NCBI RefSeq assembly: GCF_037042905.1 | Contig: NC_087246.1 | Coordinates: 434,001 to 498,000, forward strand | Direction: 5' to 3' | Length of the DNA: 64,000 nucleotides | From: Lytechinus pictus | Lineage: Eukaryota | Shown here: positions 1 to 12,669 of the stretch, one piece after another | How the letters are laid out: each line of letters begins with the position of its first letter | Numbering within the stretch: the first letter of the stretch is position 1 | Program-made: the position numbers and the translations under genes | The notes under the pieces: generated by a model | What the model was told of the DNA's origin: nothing | What the model saw: only the letters and a program-made list of their open reading frames with translations | Database searches by the model: none

Positions 1-477
1 TTTTTAGAAGAAAATCAGACAAGAGTGTAGGTGAAAGTTTATCTGACAAAAGAAGGTTATGAATTTTTCAAAATGTCATAGCGATGAAAGGCAAGGACCA
101 CTCTTCAAATACATAAAACATGGCTAAAATGTCATAATTTTTGTTTTAAGTTCAACTTCAAAGTACATTTTTATTTCATGAGGATATAAAAAAAATATGC
201 TACATGTGTTATATTTTGATTACTGCCCCGGCGGAATAGGTAATAGAAAACCAAATCCCTAATAATTAAGTACATGGCCTATGGGAAAATTGTCCACACC
301 ACTTGTCATAATTTACGTACCCAGTTGCCAGTTTGTGTCTATAGGAATGTCAATTTGAAAACAGCCATTACTTTATCAATGCTTGTCCGATTTCTTTTAA
401 ACTTTAATCATTCTGCGTTACTTATTTTCCTCCTTTCTCAAACAAAAATTAATGACCATAGTTGGATTACCCTTCAC
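1..477. mobile_element. Degenerate, left-truncated inverted-repeat MITE, related to the TTAA-flanked (Kolobok-like) families below
   Basis: The left part (aaaatcagacaag..gaaagttt..agaaggttatgaatttt) is loosely inverted relative to the right part (cattactt..ccgatttcttttaaacttt..ttattttcctc). It ends in gttggattacccttca, resembling the ..cctttaa ends of 8292-8837. Confidence 0.45.
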
Positions 478-3400
478 AGGGCAATCTCCTGTGAGTAGAA
501 TGACATGAATGATGCATGGACCTATATACAGCATCAAGATTAGAAATTCATGATAGTCCTCCAAATACTACTAACATGATCAAGAAAGTTTTTTGCAGAG
601 GCTGAGATCTTTTCCCAAGTAACATGAAATAAAAAGCAATTTCAGGTATATCTCCTCCATGTTCGAAACCTTTTAAATCTCACCCTGTGCAATATGAATT
701 TGAAGATATGTTGATATATTCTTTCTAAATTCATTACTTGAGGATGAGACTTAGTTTTAGAGGGATTTACTTTTTCCGGATTTATTTTAACTAACCCCAA
801 CCCCTTCCCATGTTTCTTCCATTTTAAAATCATGATAATCCCAAATCCAAATTGAAGTAGAAAAGGTCTTAAGCATTTTCATTACTTTATTATTTTAGTG
901 CAACTACAAAGGCTCACGACGTGTGTGTTGTAGATTGCTGCTACCTTCTTTTCATGTGAGCGATTTATTATCAAAGCCTTTAAAAGTAAGTCTTGAACAT
1001 AAAAATATGAACAAACTTTCAGAATAATTTCCTTCTCTTATACTTTCAATGTAAATTTATTATAAAAGATTTCCATTAATGTTTCAGGAACTTTAAAATC
1101 TTAAAGAAAATCACACGCTTAGGCAAATTCCACATTTGAGAGTAGAAATGGATTAGATGTGTCTTACCATTTCACTGAAGGATTAAAGCCAAGTCTTTTG
1201 CAGTTTTCATTTTATTCCAAACTGAGAACATTAAATCTAAGCCTTTGAAAGTAAGACTGAAACGTATTATATGAAACGATGGTGGAAAAATAATTACTTT
1301 TAGATGTCTGGTTTCTATGGCAACTAGTCCTATATCATTTACGACATATACAAATCTCCATTATCTAGCCTACATTCATGTAAAAATAATTCGAAAATGA
1401 TATCGGCAATATTTTTTTATTCAAATCACATTATCCTGATTATCAGATTTCATTTGAATTGCTAACAATGTTAATCGAGATTGAAAAGCTGCGCGTAGAC
1501 ATGCTGAGAAATCGGAATCTTAAAATAAAATTTCGATCATATCAAACATTTTGTTGATTTTTTTTTACAAAAATGAATAAATTTCGTGATCTTTTTGTTA
1601 ATTTGTTGACTTTGGGTAACATTGGAACTGAAATTTTCACCATGGAATAAGCGGATCCATGCATAGGCGCGATAGAGTAGTATAGGGGGTGTCCGCCACC
1701 TTTCCCCACCCCATCATAATTGATTAAGAAGTTTAAGTTCTGATAAAAACACATTTCACTGTTTGTGCGTGACCATTGAAACAAACAAAACATGTGGAAA
1801 ATACGCGCATGGTGCAGTATAAGATATGGCTATTATCATACGTGTTTATACGTGTTTTTGTGTTTATATAGTTATAAAGGAGGTAAACGTTTCCAGAAGA
1901 AAATAATTATATGAAACTATCTCAATTCGACTTAACCTATTAATTGTAGATCTGCACGTTTGTTCATGAAGAGTGTCCCATGCACCCCTCATTCTTAACA
2001 ACCAAGCTGGTTACATGTTGAAACAAGGTGCTTAGAAACATTTCTTACTACTCATCAATTTTACATCGTGGGCATTTTATGCTACCACTTGTCTTCATAC
2101 AGTTTTAAGAACATAGTACCTCGTTATGTACACCTGTAATTGATATTAATATGCATGTAATTTTGCGGAAATCGTACTGGTCGGTGTATGTCTATAGTAC
2201 CGGTAATTATAAGTTTCTGTCTGAATTGTTCAAGTATGAATAAATTATGGAGATAAATCTGAACAGTTCATTTTCAAAATCAAATACCAGAGATCACCCA
2301 TGTTCAGTGTTCTTTTTAAGGACCATATTGTAAGTTAAGGGGTTTTTTTCTTACGAAAACTGTCAACTAAATATACCCACAATCCTATTCCAATTTTCTG
2401 GAAGAATGGGATGGGTGCATCCATACTGAGAGAACGATACGATATACACCATGCTCAGTTAGAACACCATTCCATTTGGAAAACCAGACCATTGAGACCA
2501 ACATATGGAGCCCACCTGTAGCGGTGTTGTAAGGGTATCATCGCCCGGTGAGACGGGCGGGCTAACCCATGGCAAGGCCGACTAAAGCTCTGGGATTATT
2601 ACTACATGTGATATTTATCAGGGAATCGGAAGGAAGAAGATATGTATTTCTTTCTTGTCCTTTCCACCTCCATCACTCAGTATTTACCATGGTCTATTAT
2701 AGATGCACGTACGTTCATGGTTTCTGAAACGCTACAGTCGTTGTTTTTGGTGTGTGTGAATGTGACGTGACTGCAGAAAAAAGGACCAGAAAAGGGTCTT
2801 TTCCTCAGCATGCGGCTTCGTAGCCAAACGCATATTTTTTTTTCCGGGGAGAAGGATCAAGAATACGTAAATTTTTCAAAACATAAGTTAGCGAGGGAGC
2901 AAAGCGACCTAGTTTCAAAGAAGCATGTGAAAGCCAGGTTGTTTTTATTCTAAAATTTAAATAGAACAATTCTGATGCAAATTCTACGTGGATTACTGTG
3001 TCGCCTGGATGATCAATGATCAAGTGTGTCTTTTGTCAATTTGCAGAATATAGACTTGGGGAAAAGTGTCATCATGGAGTTAATAAAAATCATTATCAAA
3101 TAATTCCTTCGTGTGTGATTATTTGGGATTTGCATTTATATATTAGATTAAGGTATACAGAGAAGAGGTTTTTATTAATAAAAACATATCTTTAAAATAA
3201 AAACTTCGAGGCTGTGGATCAATAGCAGTTGAATCACCATCTACCATCGATGCCTGCAAAGCATCCGCCTACTTTAATAGAGTGCCTTTCCCCTTTAATT
3301 GTGATATGAAATAAAGAGTACCAAATACCTCAGAAAATGAGTATAATTACATTATTATATCAAAATACTATTATTTAACACTTTCAGTTGTGGGGTGAGT

Positions 3401-3940
3401 GGTTTGACGATTTATTTGCTGCTTCATTTGATATAATGCGTATAAAGTTGCTCTGTTTTGTTTTCGTTTTTTCCCCAAATGTAATGTACTTTGGATGGAA
3501 ATTGTTTATATGTCACGTTGCACTCGTCAAAGCTTTGCTTACTGAGTTGCTGCCTCCATTGTATTGCAACTTCTAGAAAAGTATTAAATGCTTTACATTA
3601 GAAAACAATGTTTTAAAGTTGAACTTCTTATCTTTCTCCCGTCTTTCTCTGTAAAGAAGATTCGTCAAAGTTGTAGACACCCATGTGACATTAAAATATA
3701 ACCTACATATATTTTATCAAAATTACTGTACATGAATAAGGTATGTTTGCTCAAAATTTGTTTTTCTCACTTCTGGTAACCACACAACCTCGAATCTAAA
3801 CCGAATTTCTAAGTATTGACAGGTATACACAAATATTTATAAATAAAGTATTGACAGGTACAATTTACATGTGAAAGAAGGAAGTTAGTGTATAAACAAC
3901 GGTCTCTGGGGGATGGGGGTGATGGTTAGGTCTCTATAGA

Positions 3941-4223
3941 GGTGGTGCATCGTGGTCTAGTGGTTCTGACTCTCGCCTTTCAAACAGAGGGTCGTGGGTT
4001 CGAATCCTAACCATGGCGTGTTTACCTTCAGCAAGAAATTTATCCACACTGTGCTGCACTCGACCCAGGTGAGGTAAATGGGTACCGGCAGGAAGTAATT
4101 CCTCAAAAAACTGTGCGCACCAGAATCGGTAGACTAGCTTAGCCGGGGTAATATAGGAGCGCCTTGAGCACCTAGCAAGGTGGATACGTGCGCTATACAA
4201 ATCCTATATTATGTATTATTATT
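3941..4223 (+). mobile_element. Full-length tRNA-derived SINE with CORE-like middle and L2-like 3' tail (tail type A)
   Basis: A box tggtctagtgg (3953-3963) and B box ggttcgaatcc (3997-4007); tRNA-Glu-like ctttca loop; CORE-like ccttcagcaagaaatttatcc..gtaaatggg; tail gagcgccttgag..gcgctatacaaat(att)n; TSD tataga at 3935-3940 and 4224-4229. Confidence 0.9.
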
Positions 4224-4577
4224 TATAGAATAGGAGGGGCGATGGTTAGGTCTCTATAGAAGGGGAGGGGCGATGGATAGGTCTCTAAGGGGAGGGCGAT
4301 GGTAAGATCTTTGGGAGAAGAGGGGCGATGGTTAGGTCTTTGTGGGAGGGGAGGGTACGATGGTTAGGTCTCTGTGGGAGGGGAGGGTACGATGGTGAGG
4401 TCTCTATAGAAGGGGAGGGGCGATGGATAGGTCTCTATAGAAGGGGAGGGGCGATGGATCGGTCTCTAAGGGGAGGGCGATGGTAAGATCTTTGGGAGAA
4501 GAGGGGTGATGGTTAGGTCTGTGTTGGAGGGGAGGGTACGATGGTTAGGTCTCTATGGGAGGGAAGGGTGTTAGTTA

Positions 4578-4664
4578 AATAATAATATTCATTTATATAG
4601 CGCAAAAACTATTTATATATATATATTATATTGCATTGCAAGAGCTACCCAGATGATGTAGCTG
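4578..4664 (-). mobile_element. Short 5'-truncated retroelement 3' end (L2/SINE-type tail)
   Basis: The minus strand ends gcgctatataaatgaatattattatt. Flanked by the direct repeat tagtta (4572-4577 and 4665-4670) inside the minisatellite. Confidence 0.65.
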
Positions 4665-6094
4665 TAGTTAGGTCTGTTTGGGAGGGGAGGATACGATGGT
4701 TTGGTCTTTGTGGGAGGGGAGGGTACGATGGTTAGGTTCGGTGGAAGGGGAGGGGCGATGGTGATGGTGATGTCTCTGTGGGAGGGGAGGGGCGATGATT
4801 AGGTCAGAATGGTAGGGAAAGGGGCGATGGCTGGGTCTCTGTGGGAGGGCAGGTGGGATGGTAAGGTCTCTGTGGGAGGGGAGGGGCGATGATTAGGTCA
4901 GAATGGTAGGGAAAGGGGCGATGGCTGGGTCTCTGTGGGAGGGCAGGTGGGATGGTAAGGTCTCTGTGGGAGGGGAGGGGCGATGGTTAGGTCCTTGTGG
5001 GAGGGCAGGTGGGATGATAAGGTCTCTGTGGGAGGGGAGGGGCGATGGTTAGGTCTCTATGGGCATGATCGGAGGGGAGGGATGACGTTTAGGTCTCTTT
5101 CGGAGGGGATGGCCGATGGTTAGGGGACGTGAGTTTTAGATGGATTGAGGATAAAACAAAGCATTCTTAGAGTTTCTATACATACAAACAACTTGTACAA
5201 GAAAAGTTAAAAACTATAATGTTCGAGGAATAAGAAATGAAGAATAATTTTAGAAAACATGCCCATCGTGCACATTCGTCAGCCGAGAAGTGTTTTGTTT
5301 GTGTGTTAGTATTGTGTAAAAAATAAACCTATGAAGAGTTGCGATGGATCCAAATCGTTTCAAAGTAAGAACTTATTTTTACAATGGTGTTTATGAAATA
5401 ATGTACACGTTGGATAAGTCCGTAACATCGCGACTGTTGATATTCATTCTATATAAATCACAGGCCTATATACAATGATATAGGGTCGGACATGGTAACT
5501 GCTGACATACAGTCTGAAATTCAACTACATTATAATTTTCAAATTAATTGTTAATACTTTATCAAGGTAAGCATGGTGTATCAGTTGTATAATGGATCAA
5601 TAAATGGAGGATTAGAAGGTTTGGATAAGCTGCACTATAGTATTTCAGAAATTTCTGATCGACTAAGAGAGCCAAAACTTAGGGGTTATAAACGTTTTAT
5701 ATGTTTGGCATTAAGTAGAAGGAGTAAAAATGTTAAGTAATTCAAGAAAGTTTAATAAGAAATATGGTGGTCTAACTTCAAATGATTTCGCCAACACTCA
5801 ACGAAACCATGTTAATAAACCAGTGAACATAGTGCAATAAGATGTGACGTGTGGTAATCTGTTCGAGGTTCAATTCAATTTAATTCATTTATTTATTTCG
5901 GATGTTACAATAAAAAGATGTACAAAGGGGAAAAACAGGTAACACCTCAAAAAGATTGCGCTTCAGGCGCGGATCCAAGGAGGGGTCGAGCCGGCCCCGC
6001 ACCCCACCTATTATTTGGCCAACAAAAATGTCCTTTTAACTTGAGAGAAACGTTGAAAAAAAAAGTATGAAGGAGGTATTAAAACCATGTTTAA

Positions 6095-6303
6095 TTTACG
6101 GCCTCGTAACGGTCGGCCCGACACCCACAGGCCTACTCGCATGCAGTGGCACCGCATTCTGTTGGTTCACATGAAGGCAAACCACGCTACCGCAACTGCG
6201 CCCGCATCAAGACATTCTCCTGTACATTGGTCTACTGCACTCCAGTAACGGCCGATTAGCTCTGCATAGGAGGATTGCCATATGCGCACAAGTAGGCCGT
6301 AAA
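6095..6303. mobile_element. GC-rich ~200-bp insertion with short TIRs, nested in the large MITE
   Basis: 10-bp inverted ends tttacggcct / aggccgtaaa; near-direct repeats aaaaccatgtttaa (6081-6094) and aaaacaatatttaa (6301-6314). Confidence 0.5.
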
Positions 6304-7233
6304 ACAATATTTAAAGAATGCTTAAAATGTCCGGTTTTCAGGCCTTAATATCCACCATGTCCACAGATTTTGAGCGCTCATTAATATTAGATTGATAAAT
6401 AAGGTAGCAGTTTCATGATTCAATTCCTAATAATGATATTGTCCCTTTTTCAGAATGGAATATCGATATCGACAAGTTTCATCTCGCGCTTAGGAAGAGG
6501 AATGGGGAAAAATAGTCATTTTCATATTATGATGGCAAAATGTCCTTACAATTTATCCGGGTGCTAGGTCTAAATAATAATTTAAATTAAATCGGCTCGC
6601 GCTTCGCGCTAGCATCATTTGTGAAGTACGATCTATATTCACTTTACAATTTTCCTACGATGCTTGAAATAGTGATTGTCCCTCTTCAGATCGCCATCAT
6701 TTTTTTTCAGCTCGCGCATTATTGATTAATAAAAAAAAGTATTTAGAATGCCCAGATTCTAGGTCTAAATCTCAAAGATGCGCAGTATGTTCTTTATTCA
6801 AAACGTGCTTGAATATCTAGTTTAATATCAGAATATAAAAAAATGTTCTTCTGGTGCTTCGCGCTCGCATTATTAATATAGGAAGATACCAATTAGTCAT
6901 CCTTTTCGTGATTAACGAAACATGATTAATGTGTCCCGCTTTTAGGTCTAAATCTCATCTTTTCGCTCGCGCTTCGTGCTCGCATGAAATGCTAAGTTAT
7001 ATACTTATCCTGTTTATGATTACAAAAAGTGCTTAGAATGTCAAATTTTAGGTCAAAATTTCAAAAAATGTTCAGCTCGCGCTTCGCACGAGCATTATTT
7101 GATTGTTGAAATATGTATCGTTTTCATGGATAACTGCAAACAATCCTTAAGGTCTGTTTACTGCTCGCGATTGTCGCTCGCAGTAATTATTTAGTTACAT
7201 ACACATCTTGTTTTTACGATCACAATCAATGCT

Positions 7234-7435
7234 GACTTCATCCACAGTGTACTGCACTCGACCCAGGTGAGGTAAATGGGTACCGGCAGGAAGTAATTCT
7301 TCAAAAAAGCTGAGTGCACCTGACTAGGTAGCCTAGCTTAGCCGAGTCATAATAATAGCGGGGCCCGCTGGGAGAACAGTTTTCGGAACTGAAGTGGCTA
7401 CCCTGGGTAAATATACCGTTATTATTATTATTATT
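7234..7435 (+). mobile_element. 5'-truncated copy of the CORE-like SINE with tail type B
   Basis: Near-identical to ~4042-4150, then a different tail gggcccgctgggagaacagttttcggaactgaagtggctaccctgggtaaatataccg(tta)n. Short tgct duplication on the flanks. Confidence 0.9.
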
Positions 7436-8291
7436 TGCTCAGAATGTTCAATTTTCAGGACAAAATACATGAAATTTCCCTTTAAAAATAGCTCGCGCTT
7501 CGCGTGTACAATTCAATTAGGGCTTATATGAGATTGTTATTTATTTATGTTTTGTGTGAATAAAGCTAAGAAGTGACCGTTAGGACTACCCCTTCAAAGA
7601 AACAAATAAAAATCAACTTTGAGCGGCTGATCGGGGAAAATATATAGGTTTAAAAAAATCGCCCCCCCCCCCCCCCTCCCCGTTAGCGAAAGCTGGATCT
7701 GCCCCTGCATGCGCTTGTCGAGCAAGGTGCTTCCTTACAGAGAATAATAAGAAGAACAACAAATACCAACATAACAGTAATAAGATAATTACATTGAACT
7801 ATACACATGAGATATTAATCATGATGGAAATAATGTACACTCAACTAAATAAAATGCATGCATTGATAATTTGTCATATAAATGTATTGAGTAAACGAAA
7901 TGTACATAAAATGGGTCAAGAAGGCTGAAGAAAGTGACCAAGTTTGGGGTCAGACTTCAACGACCGAGCGGTGAATCAAAGTGCAAATAGTTGTTCGGTC
8001 ATGTACGGGATGTAAGAGAAACTATGCGAGCGCGTCGGTTTTAATCTGCCACGCGAGTAGGATCGGTTGAAAACAGGTGCTTGGATGGGGGACCGAGTAG
8101 AGTGAGGTCGATAGGTGACAGTCTGTAGGATGGGGTGGGTCTAGTACCCTCCGTCTATATACCAACCTCATCTTATCTCACAGCATTCATCATGAGAATA
8201 TGCAGTAGATGGGATAAATGATGAAAGATTATTAAGAGATCATAAACATTCTTTAATGTTTCTTTCAAAGCTAGACCAGACTATCTAATAA

Positions 8292-8837
8292 TTAAAGGTA
8301 CAAATCCACCCCAACAGAGAGTTGATTTGAATGAAAAGATAAAAATCTAACAAGCATAACACTGAAAATTTAATCAAAGCCGGATGTAAAACAAGAAAGT
8401 TATGACATTTTAAATTTTAACTTAATTTCACAAAACAGTTGTATGCACCTCCTGGTCGATATGCAATGAGGGGACTGATGACATCACCCACTCACTATTT
8501 CACTTATATTTAGTTATATGAAATATTTTAATTTTCTCCCCATTGTAATGTGAAACAAAGTTTTTTTCTTTCCTGGACATGTTGAGCTGCATCAACATTT
8601 TATGGTCCAGTCAATTTGGTCATTACTGTCGTCAAATCTGTAAAACTTGAAATATTATATAATTCAAACAATAGAAAAAAATCACTCAGTTGTGCATACA
8701 AATGTTTCCGAAAAATAAGCGAAAGTTTATAATGTCATAACTTTCTTATTTAACATCCGATTTTCAACGTTATGCTTGTTTGATTTTTCTTTATTGATTC
8801 AAATCAACATCTTTCTGGGGATGAATTTGACCTTTAA
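8292..8837. mobile_element. TTAA-flanked MITE, family 1 (Kolobok-like)
   Basis: ttaa-agg..ccacccca / tgggg..tgacct-ttaa with long imperfect TIRs; homologous to 46764-47868 and 54597-55205. Confidence 0.9.
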
Positions 8838-8989
8838 ATCTATCGGCCTACAATCTCTATTTTTACACAAAATGAGATTTCACTACTAACAAGCTAGGAC
8901 CGATTTATTTGATATGGCCAGTACTTGAATACTGATCAAGGTATTCTTGCCCAATATTAGTAATCTATATCCTCAACAATTCATTTAAC

Positions 8990-9582
8990 TTAAAGGAGAA
9001 TGAAACCCTTGTAACCAGCTGAATCCATATCAAAGAGAAAAATCAAAGAAACATATTGTTGAAAATTTGAGGAAGATTGAATGAATAATAAGAAAGTTAT
9101 GAGCATTTGAATATTGAGATCACTAATGCCATGTAGATCCTCCTATTGGCAATGCGACCAAGATCTGTGATGTCACACACGTACAACTCCCTCATTACTT
9201 TAGTACTTATTTCACTTATATTCTCACTTTTATAGAGTCTATCACAAGGTGAGGTGTTCTCTTTATGAGAGGACAAGTATAGAGGTTTCACAACATTATA
9301 TCATTGATGAATCATTTTGTCATATGATTAGAATGAGCAAAAAGAGATGTTTTGGGGTATATTTTCAGTGTCCAAAAGGGGAGAGTTGTTCATCTGTGAC
9401 ATCATAGATCTTGGTCGCATTGCCAAAAGGAGGATCTCCATAGCATTAGTGATCTCGACATTCAAATGCTCATAACTCTTCTATTGCTAGTCCTATTTTA
9501 CTCAAACTTTTGTTGATCTTATTCTTTGATTTTTCTGCTTTCACAAAAGCTAACTTGCTCCAAGAGTTTCATTCTCCTTTAA
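8990..9582. mobile_element. TTAA-flanked MITE, family 2 (Kolobok-like), ~190-bp imperfect TIRs
   Basis: ttaaaggagaatgaaac / gtttcattctcctttaa. Inner arms ggcaatgcgaccaagatctgtgatgtcaca / tgtgacatcatagatcttggtcgcattgcc. Confidence 0.92.
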
Positions 9583-10659
9583 TGACAACAAAATTTGATT
9601 TATAAATACACGACTTTTGAATAGGCCAAAGGCGACATGGATATTGTATGTACATATATTTAATAAAATATATAACCGCTTACCCCCTAGTATACACTCC
9701 AATATACACCCCTGTGTTACAGTGAACCTCATTTTACCCCCACATCAAGTTGTCAACTTCACCTAGTCTCCGACGAACCGAGGGTGGTCATTGTCAACGA
9801 CCCCTCATGACCCCCATACAACAGTCAACCAACTTTCCCTCAATCAGCCGTGCAGTAATTCAATGGTAGGTATACAAAAATAGACACATTCTCGATCAGG
9901 ATCAGTATGCATTGATCAGAAGAGAACTCGAAATGATGATACGCTTGCGTCAAATTCATTATGACTCATTATTTTATGAAATTCATATTTTCATAGTGAT
10001 ACCTGAAAGAAATGATGATGAGGATTCTAGTTCATATAAATGATTTGCACTCTAACTTACCGGGATTTAGAATAAATGCAGATCTTCAGTAGTTAAAGGC
10101 CAGCCGAACACTGGATTTGATTTTAATAATAAAGATTTATTTCAAAATTTATAATGATTTGAATTCGGCTGATCACTAACACAGTCGATGTGGCTTATCT
10201 TTAATCGATTAAGATTGTATTTATTTGACCTTTCACAAGATGTCTGAAATACAAGATATCAGCTACTTGAATTGAAGTGTGTACAGGAGCTTGTTAAAAT
10301 ACATTAGCTTAATCAATAAAACCCTACAAATATATTTCTTACAAAAAAGATGAAAGATTAAAAACAAATCATGGCGGCATGCTCAAAAGAATTTGTGGAA
10401 TGTGTATCTCCATGGCTCTTGCAAGCATAAACAGGATGAATTTGTCATACACTATTTTAAGTCAATTTGTTTGTCAGTTTTTCCTGTTTTCCTTGTGTTA
10501 GTAATGTAATATTATGACTCGCTGTAATGTTGATCATAATTTATGTTTTCTGTTCATATCCTGTAAAAGGAATAGTGTGACAATGCGGGGGTGTGGGATC
10601 ATCGTGGAGGGCAGATTTCGGGGATGAGCGAGGGTGGGTTATGGAATATTTTCTTGCAT

Positions 10660-10825
10660 TGTTGTTGTTTTTCATTATTGTTTATGTCAAGTATCTTACT
10701 TTGATTTGTAATTTTATTATTGTAATGTTCAGTAACTATTGTTATAGATGTTCTTGACCCCAGGGAAGAACAGCGTTGTTATATTAACAAAACTGGATGG
10801 GTTTATCCAGCCATTTTAATATATA
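10660..10825 (+). mobile_element. Probable LINE 3' UTR remnant
   Basis: T-rich UTR followed by gaccccagggaagaacag..aactggatggg..cc, a layout similar to SINE tail type B. Confidence 0.4.
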
Positions 10826-12432
10826 CTCTTGGTACATACCTTTCGTTGTTTTTAAAATTGTTATATGGAAAATGAATACCAATACCACTTTTTATTACGA
10901 TCAATTAAAGGTTAATCTTCATACCCTTCCTTTCTAATCTATCAAATTTATCTATATTGAGTCTTCTTCTAACCTTTGAACTTTAGCAGCTAGTGGTTCA
11001 AACTGTTTTACCTGAAGCCATGATATCTATAAGGCTGAGACTGTGAAGTGATTTGTTGTCAATGTATGATTTCAGGGGGGCAATACAGCCATCTATTTGT
11101 CGCTGGACAAATTTTAACATATCTAGGATACAACCAGTCCACCCCCCCCCCCCCTCCATTCCTCCCCCTCGTTCTCCTCCCCCTATAGCCCCACCGTCCT
11201 TGTTACAGATTGACATCGTTTCGTTGTGATTGTGGCGCATTCACAGTAACCAGGAAACGAAAATCAAACCATCAGATCAAAATGGAATGGCTATTGATCA
11301 TCTTATAGAACATCATTCAAACTTGAGCTTTACAATCAGGGTTTCAAAAATCATGACAAATTTTAATCACAATGAAAACGGAAAAGAATAAAAAGTCACA
11401 TCTCATTGGGTATACGATAAAATCAGAGACAACAATCAATATGAATCAATACACGTTCAATCTGATTTATTTTAAGTGCGATCTTTCCATCAGAAAATTA
11501 ATGAATCTCTTTTCCATTCTCTATCTCTTCCTTTCATTCTCTTTCTCCAACGTTATTTCTTTCAATTCTTTGCATGATTTTGTTTGTCTTTGAATTGATC
11601 AAGCAAGAGTGAATGTAAAAATAAAGCAAGCTACCTTCTAAAGTTATGGATTGGTTGTGATCCACCGAGCAGAAAATAACGCATAATAGCAATCGGGTCT
11701 CGTTGACGAACACAAGCCAGTAAACCATAACCAGACCAAATATTTTTCACCTTTTCTATGCAGACTATTTGTCTCATGTTGAATCCTTTCATCGTACCGC
11801 CATTGTTAGCTGTCTATTGCTTTCTTCTCGCCCACATCGACTCACCCATACACACAAAATCAGACAACTTTCCAGGGAGTTTTAACAGTATTATGTTGTT
11901 ATAATGCCATTTGAAAATAATCTGTTTCTTTCGTCACACATTGGAAAGAGTTTTGTTTATACTGTATGACATCGTCAAAATTAGCTTGGTATAAGACTTG
12001 GTTTGGATGCTCGGCCTATTTTATGTTTTCATTATGCACTGTACATGTCCATCAAATTCAACTGTTCTTTATTGATGTTGAACATTGACTCAGTCACAAA
12101 CATGGCTCTTTGAATGATCCTGTTCACTATTATCTGTTAGTTTAGTCCCCCAATCGGTGGCATAATTTTTTTATAAAAAAATAATAAGAATCAAATAACC
12201 ATTTTCAGTTTCCTTGGGAGAAAATACCACTACATAAACTGCAAAATGTCTTAAATCAATAAACTTAATATATTATTATTTTTGTAATCTTATTCAACCA
12301 ATACGATAACATAAGTAATACTCTATTATAAAAGTGTAAGTATGATGTTTAACAGAATATCTTCCTCGATTGTAGAAATTCATCATCATAACATATTATC
12401 CACTAGTTTCAAATCTACAGTAGATTATTCTA

Positions 12433-12669
12433 CACTGTAAAAATATTGGGTAAAATTTTTACCACCACGAGGTTAATTACGTGTTCAACCAATTTGGGGC
12501 AGTATTTTACCCAATGTGGGAAGCATATTGTCAAGTAAGGTGAACAATAAGCAGCAGTTACTTTAGAATGGGCAAATTTTTCATCACATTGGATAAATAA
12601 AAATGCCCAATGTTGGTTGGACACACAATTACTCTCATAGAGCACTTTTACCCAATATTATTCAGAGTG
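12433..12669. mobile_element. Small CACT-ended MITE (CACTA/EnSpm-like)
   Basis: Ends cactgtaaaaatattgggtaaaa / ttttacccaatattattcagagtg, with several internal ttttacccaa/ttgggtaaaa-like motifs. Confidence 0.75.

Larger units (their letters stand above)
3899..5130 (+). repeat. G-rich minisatellite, ~31-bp unit (gatggttaggtctctgtgggaggggaggggc), interrupted by two retro-insertions
   Basis: Directly visible tandem units. A ~94-bp three-unit block is duplicated at ~4773-4960. Confidence 0.95.
5964..7707. mobile_element. Large non-autonomous DNA transposon (hAT-like) with internal ~110-125-bp subrepeats
   Basis: TIR caggcgcggatcca / tggatctgcccctg (12/14); tgcgctt on both flanks; subterminal G/C tracts; periodic gctcgcgcttcgcgctcgc motif. 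Confidence 0.85.
5869..8140 (-). mobile_element. 5'-truncated LINE remnant (ORF2 C-terminus, 3' UTR, (attga)n tail), split by a MITE
   Basis: Tail aataaatgaattaaattgaattgaa on the minus strand at 5869-5895. The 3' UTR stem-loop rejoins across the MITE. Minus frame 8140-7976 reads ..FNRSYSRGRLKPTRSHSFSYIPYMTEQLFAL*, resembling LINE ORF2 C-termini. Confidence 0.55.

Noticed and set aside
3941..4020. Functional tRNA gene
   Set aside because: The acceptor stem is not properly paired, there is no T-run terminator, and it continues into a SINE body with a TSD.
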